From Eubacteriales bacterium (GTDB taxonomy: Bacteria; Bacillota; Clostridia; Oscillospirales; CAG-272), in NCBI GenBank assembly GCA_045532805.1, contig JAZSGQ010000032.1:21107-85106 (forward strand): a stretch of 64,000 nt of DNA, written 5' to 3'. The position numbers and the translations under genes were made by a program. The notes under the pieces are model-generated. The model was given only the letters and a program-made list of their open reading frames with translations. It was not told where the DNA came from and made no database searches. Below, one piece after another: positions 9,539-20,173 of this stretch (its first letter is position 1; every line of letters begins with the position of its first letter).

Positions 9539-10246
9539 TCATTGTGTCAGCCGAAGTGAAATTTCTCCCCCGCACAACGGCACCTGACGGCCATCGCTCT
9601 CAAGAATCAACAAGGCGCCGTTCTCCAGGATATCCAGTGCCGTGACCAGGCGACGCGCTTCGCCCTCGATCACGAGGACCTCGCGTCCGAGTATGGCGGA
9701 ATGTGCGCGATATTCCGTGAGCCACGTGCCACGCAAAATTTCCTCTTCCACGTGCTCCAGTTCCGCAAGCACGGTGCGTAAAAGCGCGTCCTTGTCACGG
9801 CAAGGCACGTTGTCGGCGATCTCCTGCAATTCGGGAGGAAACGCGGTGTCCCCCGTGTTGATCCCGATGCCGAGAATGATATAGGGCTCACCGCTCGTAT
9901 CCACGCCCGATTCTGCTAAGATCCCACAGATCTTCTTGCCGCGAAGCAAAAGATCGTTGACCCATTTGATCTCGGGCTGTACACCGCAAACGCGACAAAC
10001 AGCGCGTGCCACGGCCACCGCCGCAAAGGGCGTGACCGCGCCGTACTGCGCGGGCGTGAGCGCGGTGCGCAGTACCGTACTGAAATACAGTCCACCCGAG
10101 GGCGAGTGAAAGCGGCGTTGCAATCTTCCCCGCCCTGCGGTCTGCGTGGCGGCCACCACGGTATACAGGTGACCCGCGCCCTCTTTTGCCGCCTCGGCGG
10201 CCGTTTTGGAAGTAGAGGGCAACGTATCAAAATAGCGTATTTCCAT
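9539..10246 (-). CDS. birA: Biotin--[acetyl-CoA-carboxylase] ligase, catalytic domain only with no obvious N-terminal HTH
   Basis: The product carries the BPL signature GRGRLQRRFHSPSGGLYFS. I chose the ATG at 10246 (MEIRYFDTLPST), which lies just after the polC stop. The track start at 10279 would overlap polC by 29 nt. Confidence 0.85.
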   Translation of the reverse strand: MEIRYFDTLPSTSKTAAEAAKEGAGHLYTVVAATQTAGRGRLQRRFHSPSGGLYFSTVLRTALTPAQYGAVTPFAAVAVARAVCRVCGVQPEIKWVNDLLLRGKKICGILAESGVDTSGEPYIILGIGINTGDTAFPPELQEIADNVPCRDKDALLRTVLAELEHVEEEILRGTWLTEYRAHSAILGREVLVIEGEARRLVTALDILENGALLILESDGRQVPLCGGEISLRLTQ

Positions 10247-10250
10247 CGTA

Positions 10251-13200
10251 TCAGAAGAAGGTGAGCTGGTCGGTCTCATTGATGCCGTCCAGCACGCCCG
10301 CCTTTCGCAGTGTTTCGATCACGCTCTTGTTGAGACCCGCACGCGTTTGCAGATCCTCCACCGAGAAGAAGGGTTCCTCATCACGGGCGCGAATGATACT
10401 TTCTGCCGCATTTTCGCCTACGCCGCCAAGCGACGAGAAAGGCATACGGATCGCACCGTTCTCGGGCAGGAAGGCACGGGCATCGGATTTGGCAAGATCC
10501 ACGGGCAGGAAGCGAATGCGTCTGGCAAGACACTCGCCCGCCAACTGAAGCGCAGGAATCGAGGCGTGCTCCTTGGGAGAGGCCTCCTTGCCGCGTCGCT
10601 CAATGTCCTTGATGGTCGCCGTAATGTGCGCCTTACCCTTCATCACCGTTTCGGCATCGAAGCCGCCCGGGGCTACGGTGAACATCGCACAGTAGAAGGC
10701 AAGCGGCATATGCACCTTATACCAACCAAGGCGAATGGCAGACATCACGTAGGCCGCGGCATGCGCCTTCGGGAACATGTACTTGATCTTCTTACAGGAG
10801 GTCAAATACCATTCGGGCACGTTGTTGGCGCGCATTTCGGTCTCCCAGTCAGGGGTGAGACCCTTACCCTTACGCACCGACTCCATGATCTTGAACGCCA
10901 ACTCGTTTTTCAGACCATATCGGATCAGGTCGTTCATGATGTTATCACGACAGCCGATCACGTGAGAAATATCGCAGATGCCCTCCTTAATGAGATCCTG
11001 CGCGTTGCCCGTCCACACGTCCGTGCCGTGCGAGAGTCCCGAGATCTGCAACAGATCCGCAAAGGAGCGCGGCTTGGCTTCCTCCACCATCTTCATCACG
11101 AAGCGTGTGCCGAATTCGGGCAGACCGAAGGTGCCGATCTGCGCGTCGATCATTTCGGGCGAGATGCCAAGCGGTGCGGTGGACAAGAAGAGTTCGTAGA
11201 CCGATCTGTCATTCATCGGAACGTCCATGACACTGGTGTCGCTGAACTTTTCCAGCCATTTATATTTCGTAGGAATATCGTGCCCCAACTCGTCCAGTTT
11301 GAGCAATGTATCATGCAAATATTTGAACGTAAAGTGCGTGGTCACAATGCCCGAACTTGCATCGTCTGCGGGGTGCTGTACGGGGCAGAAATCATAGATC
11401 TCATACTCCTTGGGCACCACCACGATGCCGCCCGGGTGCTGACCCGTGGTCTGCTTCACGCCCATACAGTGCGTGGCAATGCGGTTGATCTCGGCGCGCG
11501 GAATGGAAAGTCCCTTGCTCTCCAGATATTTGAGCACAAAGCCATACGCGGTCTTGTCCGCCACACCGCCCACGGTGCCTGCACGGAAGACGTTTTCCGC
11601 ACCGAAGAGTTCCTCGGTGTACTTATGCACTTTGCCCTGCACCTCGCCTGAGAAATTCAGGTCGATATCGGGCGATTTGTCGCCGTGGAAGCCAAGGAAG
11701 GTCTCAAAGGGAATGTCGTGTCCGTCGGCGTTCAGTTTCTTGCCGCAACGCGGACAGGTCTTGTCGGGAAGGTCAAAGCCAGAGCCCACCGAGCCGTCCG
11801 TGAAGAATTCACTGTACCGACACTCCGAGCACCAGTAGTGCGGCGGGAGCGGATTGACCTCGGAAATACCCGCCATAGAAGCAACCACGGAGGAACCGAC
11901 CGAGCCGCGCGAGCCGACGAGATACCCCTGGCTCTCACTGTACCAAACCAATTTCTGCGCGATCATATACAGCACGGCAAAGCCGTTTTTGATGATCGAA
12001 TCCAATTCCTTTGCCAGGCGCTTTTCCACGATCTCGGGTAAGGGATCACCGTACATCGATTTTGCTCGCTCGTAGCAAATGCGTTGCAGATCCTCCTCCG
12101 CACCTTCCATGTTGGGGGTAAAGGTGCCCTTGGGGAAGGGACGGATATCGTTCTCGATCAAGTTCGCAATGGCGTTGGTGTTGGTCACCACCACCTCGTA
12201 TGCCTTTTCTTTGCCGAGATAAGCGAATTCCTCCAGCATCTCCTCAGTGGTGCGGTAATACAGATGAGAATCTCTGTCCTCGTCCTTGAACTTCACACTG
12301 ACCAGTACCTTGCGGTAGATCTCGTCCTCATCGTCCATAAAGTGCGCGTCGCAGGTCGCTACCACGGGAATATTCAGTTTTTCACCCAGTGCCACCACGC
12401 GGCGGTTGAGATCGCGCAGACCCTCGTCGTTAGCGATCCTTCCCTCTTCCACCAAAAAGCGGTTGTTACAAAGGGGCTGGATCTCCAGATAATCGTAAAA
12501 TTTGGCGATCTCCTCAATCTCGTGATCCGATTTATTATCAAGGATCGCGCGCATCAACTCGCCCGATTCACAAGCCGAGCCAATGATCAGGCCCTCTCGG
12601 TGCTTCTCCAGCACCGTCTTGGGCACACGCGGGAATCTGCGGTAATATTTCAGATAACTGTCCGAGATTAATCGGTACAAATTTTTAAGACCCGTCTTGT
12701 TCTTGACCAAGATGACCTGATGATAGGGCGGCAGGGTCAGCGGATCGGCAGAAGCGCTCATTTCGCTTTGCAACTCCGCAAAACTTCGCAATTCCATCTC
12801 GCGCATCTTCTCCTGCATACAGAAGAAGATCGCCGCGAGCATCTCGGCATCGTCCGAGGCGCGGTGATGATTGAAGTCGCCAAGTCCGAAATACTCTGCC
12901 AGTACGTTGAGTTTATGTGTTTTGAGTTCCGTATTGATATGACGCGACAGCGCCAGTGTATCCAGATAAGGATTTTCAAAGGGGAGATTGCAACGCTTGG
13001 CGGCCTCGCGGATAAAGCCGATATCAAAATCGGCATTGTGCGCGATCAGGAGTCTGTCCCCCACAAAGGAGAAAAACTCGGGCAACACGTCCGCAATCAC
13101 GCGCGCGTCCTTCACCACATCGTCGGAAATGCCCGTGAGTTCCGTGATCTCGGCAGGGATAGGCATCTCGGGGTTGACAAAGGTGTTATAACGCGCCAAC

Positions 13201-14645
13201 ACCTCGCCTTTTTTCACGAGTACGGCACCGATCTCGGTGATGCCGCACGTGCGGTTGGAAAGGCCTGTGGTTTCGATGTCAAACACTACAAATTCATCGT
13301 CAAAACTACCCTCATAGGTGCCATACAGTGCACTTGCGGTATCGTTGACGAAATACGCTTCCATACCCCAGATCACCTTCTGGCCCAGTTTCTCGGCGGC
13401 AAGCATTGCCTCCTGGAAGCCCTGAACGTTACCGTGATCCGTAATAGCCACGGCGGGGTGTCCCCAGTTCTTGGCCATTTTTACGACCTTATCGGGGGGA
13501 ATGATCGCGTCCATGGTCGACATCGTGGTATGCAAGTGCAACTCCACGCGTTTGACAGGCGCATTGTCCGCGCGCAGTACGCGCTTGACGATAGCCATTT
13601 CACTGTAATAGAAGGTCACGTCCACATCCACGACCTCGCGGTGCGTGTCGTGCTTGGCATAGCCGCGAAGCGCGAGTGCCGTGCCGTCACCGATCGTTTT
13701 GGAGAGTGTCTTGGCATCGTCCAGCGGCACACCGAACTTCTTTACCATAATAGAGGAATTGCCGTCCGTGAGACCAAAGGAAATATTGTATTTATCCCCT
13801 GCTCTTGTCGTTTCCTCGGTATAGGCAAACACTTCGCCCACGATCACCACGCCGCGCATCTGCTTGTCCACGCGCGCGATCGGCACGGGGCGGATCTCAA
13901 ATTCTTTATCGTTTACGTACTGCGGGGAGGAAATATCAAAGCGGTACGCACCGACGTGGCAGATGCCGTCTGTTACCACGGCCTCCCCCGCATCACCCAA
14001 CAGGGACATCACGCGCTTTTTATCCGAGGACTCTTCCGTCGGCGCAGGTGCGGCGGTGGCGGGAGTGGCGAGATTACGCTCGTACTCCTCGCTACTGCGG
14101 CGCAAGCGCTCGTTCCATTCGGCAAGTTCTGCGCTCGTGTCCATACTATAATCAGCGGCAAGCGCGTCGGAATGCTTGATCTGCACGCGGTAACTAAGGC
14201 CAAATTCACTGCGAATGATGCCCTCGATCACTTCGTGCGTCTGCCCCAGTTTCATGAGTAGCAGACTCTCGTCCATGTACGGCATCTCGATGATGAATTC
14301 GTCGCCCTTTATGTATGCGTTATAGGTATGGAAAAAGCCGCGCGCCACAATGCCGATGCGCTCGGTCTCCGCAATGATCTCAGGAATATACCGCTCATCG
14401 AACAACTCCGCGGGATAACGCGGCAGTAGACGCACGTGCGATAGTTCATACGCCGCGGCAATTTCACGCTCCGCGGCGTACAACTCGGACTTGGGGATCA
14501 GCGAGGGGAAGGCAACGCTTGCCTCCAGCATACGCCGCTCCTTGTCCGCACGCATACGGATCTCTCTGCCCTCAAGCAACCACGCGGCGCGTGATTGCGT
14601 CGGTTCGTATTTCTTGAATATTTCCAGCAGATTCTTTTCCGCCAT
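10251..14645 (-). CDS. polC: DNA polymerase III alpha subunit, PolC type
   Basis: A 1464-aa ORF with the internal DnaQ-like exonuclease motif FVVFDIETTGLS, PHP and polymerase-core regions, and the Zn-finger-like CSECRYSE...CPRCG. Confidence 0.97.
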   Translation of the reverse strand: MAEKNLLEIFKKYEPTQSRAAWLLEGREIRMRADKERRMLEASVAFPSLIPKSELYAAEREIAAAYELSHVRLLPRYPAELFDERYIPEIIAETERIGIVARGFFHTYNAYIKGDEFIIEMPYMDESLLLMKLGQTHEVIEGIIRSEFGLSYRVQIKHSDALAADYSMDTSAELAEWNERLRRSSEEYERNLATPATAAPAPTEESSDKKRVMSLLGDAGEAVVTDGICHVGAYRFDISSPQYVNDKEFEIRPVPIARVDKQMRGVVIVGEVFAYTEETTRAGDKYNISFGLTDGNSSIMVKKFGVPLDDAKTLSKTIGDGTALALRGYAKHDTHREVVDVDVTFYYSEMAIVKRVLRADNAPVKRVELHLHTTMSTMDAIIPPDKVVKMAKNWGHPAVAITDHGNVQGFQEAMLAAEKLGQKVIWGMEAYFVNDTASALYGTYEGSFDDEFVVFDIETTGLSNRTCGITEIGAVLVKKGEVLARYNTFVNPEMPIPAEITELTGISDDVVKDARVIADVLPEFFSFVGDRLLIAHNADFDIGFIREAAKRCNLPFENPYLDTLALSRHINTELKTHKLNVLAEYFGLGDFNHHRASDDAEMLAAIFFCMQEKMREMELRSFAELQSEMSASADPLTLPPYHQVILVKNKTGLKNLYRLISDSYLKYYRRFPRVPKTVLEKHREGLIIGSACESGELMRAILDNKSDHEIEEIAKFYDYLEIQPLCNNRFLVEEGRIANDEGLRDLNRRVVALGEKLNIPVVATCDAHFMDDEDEIYRKVLVSVKFKDEDRDSHLYYRTTEEMLEEFAYLGKEKAYEVVVTNTNAIANLIENDIRPFPKGTFTPNMEGAEEDLQRICYERAKSMYGDPLPEIVEKRLAKELDSIIKNGFAVLYMIAQKLVWYSESQGYLVGSRGSVGSSVVASMAGISEVNPLPPHYWCSECRYSEFFTDGSVGSGFDLPDKTCPRCGKKLNADGHDIPFETFLGFHGDKSPDIDLNFSGEVQGKVHKYTEELFGAENVFRAGTVGGVADKTAYGFVLKYLESKGLSIPRAEINRIATHCMGVKQTTGQHPGGIVVVPKEYEIYDFCPVQHPADDASSGIVTTHFTFKYLHDTLLKLDELGHDIPTKYKWLEKFSDTSVMDVPMNDRSVYELFLSTAPLGISPEMIDAQIGTFGLPEFGTRFVMKMVEEAKPRSFADLLQISGLSHGTDVWTGNAQDLIKEGICDISHVIGCRDNIMNDLIRYGLKNELAFKIMESVRKGKGLTPDWETEMRANNVPEWYLTSCKKIKYMFPKAHAAAYVMSAIRLGWYKVHMPLAFYCAMFTVAPGGFDAETVMKGKAHITATIKDIERRGKEASPKEHASIPALQLAGECLARRIRFLPVDLAKSDARAFLPENGAIRMPFSSLGGVGENAAESIIRARDEEPFFSVEDLQTRAGLNKSVIETLRKAGVLDGINETDQLTFF

Positions 14646-14675
14646 GTTCTCTCCTTTTGGCGGACTTATCCGCCG

Positions 14676-15761
14676 TTACTGCTTGTATTTTTTCAGTTCT
14701 TCGATCAGTGTCGGGAGGATCTCCTCTTCCCTCACCCGACGCACGATTTCGCCGTGTGCGATCAAAAGCGCCTCGCCCACACCGCCGCAAATACCGATGT
14801 CTGCCCCACGCGCCTCCCCCGGGCCGTTTACGGCACAGCCCATCAGTGCCACGCGCAAAGGCAGATCCAAAAGCCCCTCGGCGCGCGCCGCCGCCTCAAA
14901 TCGTTCGGCAAGCGACACAAGGTCGATCTTTGTTCTGCCGCAGGTGGGGCAACTGACAATATCAAGGCCACACTGCCCTTCTATCTTCAGCGCCGACAAA
15001 ATTCGCTTCGCGGCGGCAATTTCAAGGACAGGATCTGCCGTCAGGGACACGCGCAACGTGTCACCGATACCGTCGGCAAGAAGTGAGCCGATGCCGATCG
15101 CGCTCTTGATGCTCCCCATCTCGACGCCGCCCGCCTCGGTCACACCCAGATGCAACGGGTAATCCGTCTGCTCGGCAAGCAATCGGTTGGCCGCGATCAT
15201 CGTGGCCACGTCGGAGGACTTGATCGAGATCACAATGTCCTCAAAATCAAAGCGCGCCAGCAGGGATGCGTGATATAGCGCACTCTCGGCCAGCGCCGCG
15301 GCAGTGGGTGCGCCGTGTTTTGCTAAAATTTCCTTTTCCAGCGATCCGCCGTTGACACCGATGCGGATCGGAATGCCCCTTGTGCGACAAGCGTTTGCCA
15401 CCTCACGCACACGGTCGGCATCCCCGATGTTCCCCGGGTTGATGCGGATCTTGTCCACACCGCGCTCGGCACACGCCAGCGCGATCTTATAGTCAAAATG
15501 AATGTCCGCGACCAGTGGCACGCCGATCTGCATTTCCTTAAGGCGCGAGATCGTCTCGGCGGCCGCAAGGTCGGGCACGGTCAACCGCACGACGTCACAG
15601 CCCGCCGCCGCAAGCGCACGGACCTGCGCCGCGGTTGCGGCGGCGTCGTGTGTATCCGTATTGGTCATTGACTGCACCGAAAGCGGTGCCGTGCCGCCCA
15701 TCGACACGCTTCCGACTTTCACGGGGCGTGTGCGGCGGCGAATTTCATTGTATTGGATCAT
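14676..15761 (-). CDS. ispG: 4-hydroxy-3-methylbut-2-en-1-yl diphosphate synthase (flavodoxin)
   Basis: A 361-aa ORF with the typical GcpE N-terminus (RRRTRPVKVGSVSMGG, SVQSMTNT) and the C-terminal Cys ligands SCPTCGR and GCAVNGPGE. Confidence 0.95.
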   Translation of the reverse strand: MIQYNEIRRRTRPVKVGSVSMGGTAPLSVQSMTNTDTHDAAATAAQVRALAAAGCDVVRLTVPDLAAAETISRLKEMQIGVPLVADIHFDYKIALACAERGVDKIRINPGNIGDADRVREVANACRTRGIPIRIGVNGGSLEKEILAKHGAPTAAALAESALYHASLLARFDFEDIVISIKSSDVATMIAANRLLAEQTDYPLHLGVTEAGGVEMGSIKSAIGIGSLLADGIGDTLRVSLTADPVLEIAAAKRILSALKIEGQCGLDIVSCPTCGRTKIDLVSLAERFEAAARAEGLLDLPLRVALMGCAVNGPGEARGADIGICGGVGEALLIAHGEIVRRVREEEILPTLIEELKKYKQ

Positions 15762-16810
15762 ACAAACAATTCTACGATATCCTTACAGCAGACCACGATC
15801 ATCAGGCCAAACAAGATCAAGAGACCCGCCATATTGATATATCCTTCTATTTTTTTGTCAAGGGGACGGCGAAGCACCAACTCGCAAAGCAGGAAGATGA
15901 GTCTGCCGCCGTCCAGTGCGGGAAACGGCAACAAATTGAACACGCCGAGATTCACGGTAATGACCGTCATCAGGTACAAGAAGTTCAAAAGCCCTGCCTT
16001 GGCGGCGTTTGCCACCTCTTGCGTGATACCGATGGGGCCCGACACCGCATTCAGTCCGTAGCGGCCGCCGATCAGGTCCACAAGTTGATCCACGATCATC
16101 TTGACCGTGGAAATAGAACGGAAGAAGGTGTGCTTGATCACCGAGGAAAAAGTCTTCCCCTCTCCGTACACCAAAAAGTCGGCCGAACCGAACAGAGTTC
16201 CCTCGATCTCTTGACTCGGGAACTGAACGGCAGGCAGATAGACCTCCTTGCCGTCACGGATCACCGTCAGATCAATGGCGACCACACCCTCTGCGGATTC
16301 GGCAACACCCTGATTGATGATCTCATAGATGACCTCGTTGCCCGTGTGCACGTTCACGTTGCCGACCTCAACGATGGTATCACCCACCCTCAGGCCGTGT
16401 GAGGAACTCACGGCGTTCTCATCAAATTGCGCGACCGTGTTCGTTGCCAGGCGCGCGGTGGACAGTACCACGATGAGCATAAGCAAAAAGCCGAGCACCA
16501 CGTTGGTCACGGGTCCCGCGATCACAATGAGAATGCGTTGCCAGACGGGCTTTCTATGAAAGGCATTGGGATCGTCGGATTCCTCGTCCTCGCCCGCCAT
16601 ACTGACGTAACCGCCAATGGGCAGTGCACGCAAAGAATACATCGTACCGTGCTTTTTCCCGTGCTTGGAAAAGAGTAGCGGTCCCATACCGATGGAAAAC
16701 TCGTTGATCGTCACGCGGAACAGTCGCGCGACAAGGAAGTGCCCGAGTTCATGTAGGACCACCAAAAGGCCGAACATCACAAGGGCGAGCAAAACGTAAA
16801 GAACAGTCAT
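15758..16810 (-). CDS. rseP: RIP (site-2) zinc metalloprotease RseP/YluC family
   Basis: The HELGHF motif sits in the first TM helix, followed by a PDZ-like middle region. The C-terminal LLPFPALDGG motif is present. Confidence 0.9.
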   Translation of the reverse strand: MTVLYVLLALVMFGLLVVLHELGHFLVARLFRVTINEFSIGMGPLLFSKHGKKHGTMYSLRALPIGGYVSMAGEDEESDDPNAFHRKPVWQRILIVIAGPVTNVVLGFLLMLIVVLSTARLATNTVAQFDENAVSSSHGLRVGDTIVEVGNVNVHTGNEVIYEIINQGVAESAEGVVAIDLTVIRDGKEVYLPAVQFPSQEIEGTLFGSADFLVYGEGKTFSSVIKHTFFRSISTVKMIVDQLVDLIGGRYGLNAVSGPIGITQEVANAAKAGLLNFLYLMTVITVNLGVFNLLPFPALDGGRLIFLLCELVLRRPLDKKIEGYINMAGLLILFGLMIVVCCKDIVELFV

Positions 16811-16830
16811 GAAATCTCCTCTATCTCTTA

Positions 16831-17994
16831 TCAGATCAACTGCGCGACACGCTCACGCGCCTCACGGTCGACGTCCAGAATCTCGGAAAGCGACACGGCG
16901 TGTGCGGCATGAGGCATATCCTCTACCACACGGATCACCGTTTCAAAGAGTCTCATCATAGAAATGCGGCGGTCAAGGAACGCCGCCACCGCCACTTCGT
17001 TGGCGGCATTGAGCGCGGCGGGCAGTGCCCCTCCCTTTTGCAGGGCGCGCTTGGCGAGCCCCAGCAACGGGAAATTCTCCTCATCGGGTGCAGAGAAGGT
17101 CAACTTGCCCACGGCAAGCAGATCAAGCGGCGGGATCACGGCCTCGGTACGGTGCGGCGCCGTCAGTGCGTACTGCACGCACAAGCGCATATCGGGCACC
17201 GACATCTGCGCGATCACGCTGTTATCTATATATTCCACCATAGAATGGATTATACTTTCCCTGTGCACCACCACGTCGATGCGATCGGGCGCCACGTCAA
17301 ACAGGTGCGCCGCCTCGATGATCTCAAAACCCTTGTTCATCAGCGTGGCCGAATCCACCGTGATCTTGGCCCCCATTTGCCAGGTGGGGTGCGCCAGTGC
17401 CTCGTCCACCGTAACGGTAGCCAGTTCTTCCTTGGTGCAGCCGTAAAAAGGGCCGCCGGACGCCGTGAGAACAAGTCGCTTGATCTCTCCCTTTTCGCCC
17501 GCACGCAATGCCTGAAAAATAGCACAGTGCTCACTATCCACGGGCGTGACGGAAAGCCCGCGCTCACGAGCGCGGGACATCACGATCTCACCTGCTACCA
17601 CAAGGGACTCCTTATTGGCCAGCGCCAGATGCTTTCCCGATTCCAGCACACAGAGCGAGGGGGCAAGCCCCGCCTTACCGAGCACGGCATTCACGGCACT
17701 TTCGGCGTCACTGCCTCTGATCAACTCGTCAATGCCCGCATCGCCCGCGAGTACACGGGTGGGTGTATCGGCAAGCGCCGTTTTCAATTCCCCTGCCGCC
17801 GCCTCGTCTGCCATTGCAACCGCGGGCACGCAGAATTCCCTTGCCTGCTCGGCAACGCGACGCCAGTTGCGGGAGGCCACCAGTCCTTTTACGGGGATAT
17901 GATGTTGTCTTGCTACGTCCAGTGCCTGCTCGCCCACGGAGCCCGTGGAGCCAAGCACAAGAACGGACGGAAAACGATGTATCCCTTGCATCAT
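16831..17994 (-). CDS. dxr: 1-deoxy-D-xylulose 5-phosphate reductoisomerase
   Basis: Contains the NADPH-binding motif VLGSTGSVG, LANKESLV and the conserved PTWQMGAKITVDSATLMNKG. Confidence 0.95.
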   Translation of the reverse strand: MMQGIHRFPSVLVLGSTGSVGEQALDVARQHHIPVKGLVASRNWRRVAEQAREFCVPAVAMADEAAAGELKTALADTPTRVLAGDAGIDELIRGSDAESAVNAVLGKAGLAPSLCVLESGKHLALANKESLVVAGEIVMSRARERGLSVTPVDSEHCAIFQALRAGEKGEIKRLVLTASGGPFYGCTKEELATVTVDEALAHPTWQMGAKITVDSATLMNKGFEIIEAAHLFDVAPDRIDVVVHRESIIHSMVEYIDNSVIAQMSVPDMRLCVQYALTAPHRTEAVIPPLDLLAVGKLTFSAPDEENFPLLGLAKRALQKGGALPAALNAANEVAVAAFLDRRISMMRLFETVIRVVEDMPHAAHAVSLSEILDVDREARERVAQLI

Positions 17995-17995
17995 A

Positions 17996-18850
17996 TCAAT
18001 AGAAGATCGGGAAGCACTGCGAGATCACCAGCACCAGCACGGTCACCGCCATACTGGAATCAAAGCGATCCAGAAGTCCGCCGTGTCCGGGCAACATCCA
18101 GCCGTAATCCTTGAGTCCGTACTCGCGCTTGATCGCGGACATCACAAGGTCGCCGATCTGGGAGACTACACCGATGAGCAAACCGCCAATACCAAGCACC
18201 ACATAGTTGGGCATAACGCCAAAGCCCTTATGCACGATCACGCCGTAAAGCACAGCCGTGAGTGCACAACAAACGAAGCCGCCGACAGCGCCCTCCACCG
18301 TCTTCTTGGGGCTGACTGCCTCGATCAGTTTATGCTTGCCGAACAATCTGCCCGTGAAATAAGCAAAACTGTCGGTCACCCAGGAGAAAATGAACGGAAT
18401 GAGGAACAGGAAACGTCCCACACCTTCCACGTCACGCAATACGATGACCGCAGAGTTTGCACCGATGATATAGAAGCAGGTCATAAACAGCAGCGCGATC
18501 TTGCCCATATCGACCTTGCCAAATTGGAACACGATAAAGACGAACAGATAAATGGCAAACACCAGTGCCGCAAGGATCGCCACGCGCACGTAGAGTTCCA
18601 TTTGACCGCGCATCACGCGCGCCAGCATCGGAAACGCAAAGCCGAGCACGTAAAGCGGCACACTGATCGCATATTTCTTATCAAGTTCCAGGCAATGCAA
18701 CATCTCCCATACGGAAACGAAGGAAATCGCGGCGAACAGGGACGGAAAAAGATAATTCAACGGGTTGGTTGCCTCCACGGGGGCAGAAAACCAGAAGAAT
18801 GGGAAGATACCGGCAACCGCTACGATTGCCGTAATGATACGAGTTTTCAT
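17996..18850 (-). CDS. cdsA: Phosphatidate cytidylyltransferase
   Basis: A polytopic membrane protein with the C-terminal signature SAIKREYGLKDYGWMLPGHGGLLDRFDS. I chose the ATG at 18850 (MKTRIITAIV), which has GAGGAG upstream. The track's longer start would overlap uppS. Confidence 0.9.
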   Translation of the reverse strand: MKTRIITAIVAVAGIFPFFWFSAPVEATNPLNYLFPSLFAAISFVSVWEMLHCLELDKKYAISVPLYVLGFAFPMLARVMRGQMELYVRVAILAALVFAIYLFVFIVFQFGKVDMGKIALLFMTCFYIIGANSAVIVLRDVEGVGRFLFLIPFIFSWVTDSFAYFTGRLFGKHKLIEAVSPKKTVEGAVGGFVCCALTAVLYGVIVHKGFGVMPNYVVLGIGGLLIGVVSQIGDLVMSAIKREYGLKDYGWMLPGHGGLLDRFDSSMAVTVLVLVISQCFPIFY

Positions 18851-18860
18851 ACTACTCCTC

Positions 18861-19553
18861 TCATACGCCGCCAAAGCGACGCTTGCGTCTGTAAAAATCA
18901 TCGATTGCGGCGTCCAGTTCCTCGGAACCGAAATCGGGCCAGAGAACGTCGGTGAAATACAGTTCGGCATAAGCGGACTGCCACAAAAGAAAATTGGAAA
19001 TGCGCAGATCGCCGCCCGTGCGCACGATCAGATCGGGATCCGCATCGCCCGCAGTATCCAGTGCGGCGGCAAAGGTGCTCTCGTCCACGCGCTCCCTCCC
19101 TTCGGCGAGCAAGCGGTTGCAGGCGCGCACGATCTCGCCACGCCCACCGTAATTGAGGGCAATGTTGAGCGTGCGCGCTCTGTCCTTCGTAAGACACTCC
19201 AGGTGCTCCATGTGCGCACGGCGGCGCGGCTCAAACACGGACTTATCCCCCAGAAAACGAATGCGCATATTATACTTTTCAATATTTTTCTCGCACTCAT
19301 CAAGGTAGTGATCCATCAATTTCATAATGGCATCTACCTCCTTTTGCGGGCGCTTCCAGTTCTCCGTGGAGAATGCGTATACCGTCACCGTGGTCACGCC
19401 GCGGCGCTCGCAGTGCTTCAGCACCTTTTCAAACGCCTTGACACCAAAACGGTGCCCCTGCTCGCGCGGCAAACCGCGCTGTCTTGCCCAACGGCCGTTG
19501 CCGTCCATGATGAAAGCAATATGGGTGAGTGCTCCCTTTTGTTCGTTATTCAT
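18861..19553 (-). CDS. uppS: Isoprenyl transferase (undecaprenyl diphosphate synthase)
   Basis: Carries the HIAFIMDGNGRWA motif and the C-terminal RISNFLLWQSAYAELYF. Confidence 0.95.
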   Translation of the reverse strand: MNNEQKGALTHIAFIMDGNGRWARQRGLPREQGHRFGVKAFEKVLKHCERRGVTTVTVYAFSTENWKRPQKEVDAIMKLMDHYLDECEKNIEKYNMRIRFLGDKSVFEPRRRAHMEHLECLTKDRARTLNIALNYGGRGEIVRACNRLLAEGRERVDESTFAAALDTAGDADPDLIVRTGGDLRISNFLLWQSAYAELYFTDVLWPDFGSEELDAAIDDFYRRKRRFGGV

Positions 19554-19597
19554 ACAACCTCACAGCAATAAAGGGGCGGTGTGGCCGCCCCTTGTTG

Positions 19598-20152
19598 TCA
19601 GATAGCCATGACCTCGCTCTGCTTCTTGGCAGCGGCGGCATCGATCTGCTTGATGTACTTATCGGTCAGATCCTGCACGGATTTTTCGGAGGCCTTGCCC
19701 TCATCCTCGGTCATTTCGCCATTCTTTTGCATCTTCTTCGCGGTGTCGTTGGCATCACGACGAATGTTGCGAACAGCAACCTTTGCGTCTTCTGCAAGTT
19801 TGGTGACCTGCTTGCACAGTTCGCGGCGGCGTTCCTCGGTAAGTTGAGGGAACACAAGGCGGATCACCTGACCGTCGTTGGCGGGGGTAATACCCACGTC
19901 GGACGCAAGGATCGCCTTTTCCATTGCCTTGAGGGTGGAGCCGTCGTAGGGCTTGATCACCAGCGTTCTGGCATCGGCCAGACGGATATCAGCCATGGAG
20001 GTCAGAGACGTGGGCGAGCCGTAGTACTCAAAGTTTACGCGATTGAGCACGGCGGGATTCGCCTGTCCTGCGCGGATCGTATCAAAATTGCTGTCAAGAG
20101 AGAGCAGTGCCTTGTTCATTCTCTCCTCAAAATCTTTCGTGTTCAGTTTCAT
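19598..20152 (-). CDS. frr: Ribosome recycling factor
   Basis: A 184-aa ORF containing LDSNFDTIRAGQANPAVLNRV and ERRRELCKQV, and sited in the canonical pyrH-frr position. Confidence 0.96.
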   Translation of the reverse strand: MKLNTKDFEERMNKALLSLDSNFDTIRAGQANPAVLNRVNFEYYGSPTSLTSMADIRLADARTLVIKPYDGSTLKAMEKAILASDVGITPANDGQVIRLVFPQLTEERRRELCKQVTKLAEDAKVAVRNIRRDANDTAKKMQKNGEMTEDEGKASEKSVQDLTDKYIKQIDAAAAKKQSEVMAI

Positions 20153-20173
20153 ACTATTCTCTCCTTTGCTGTA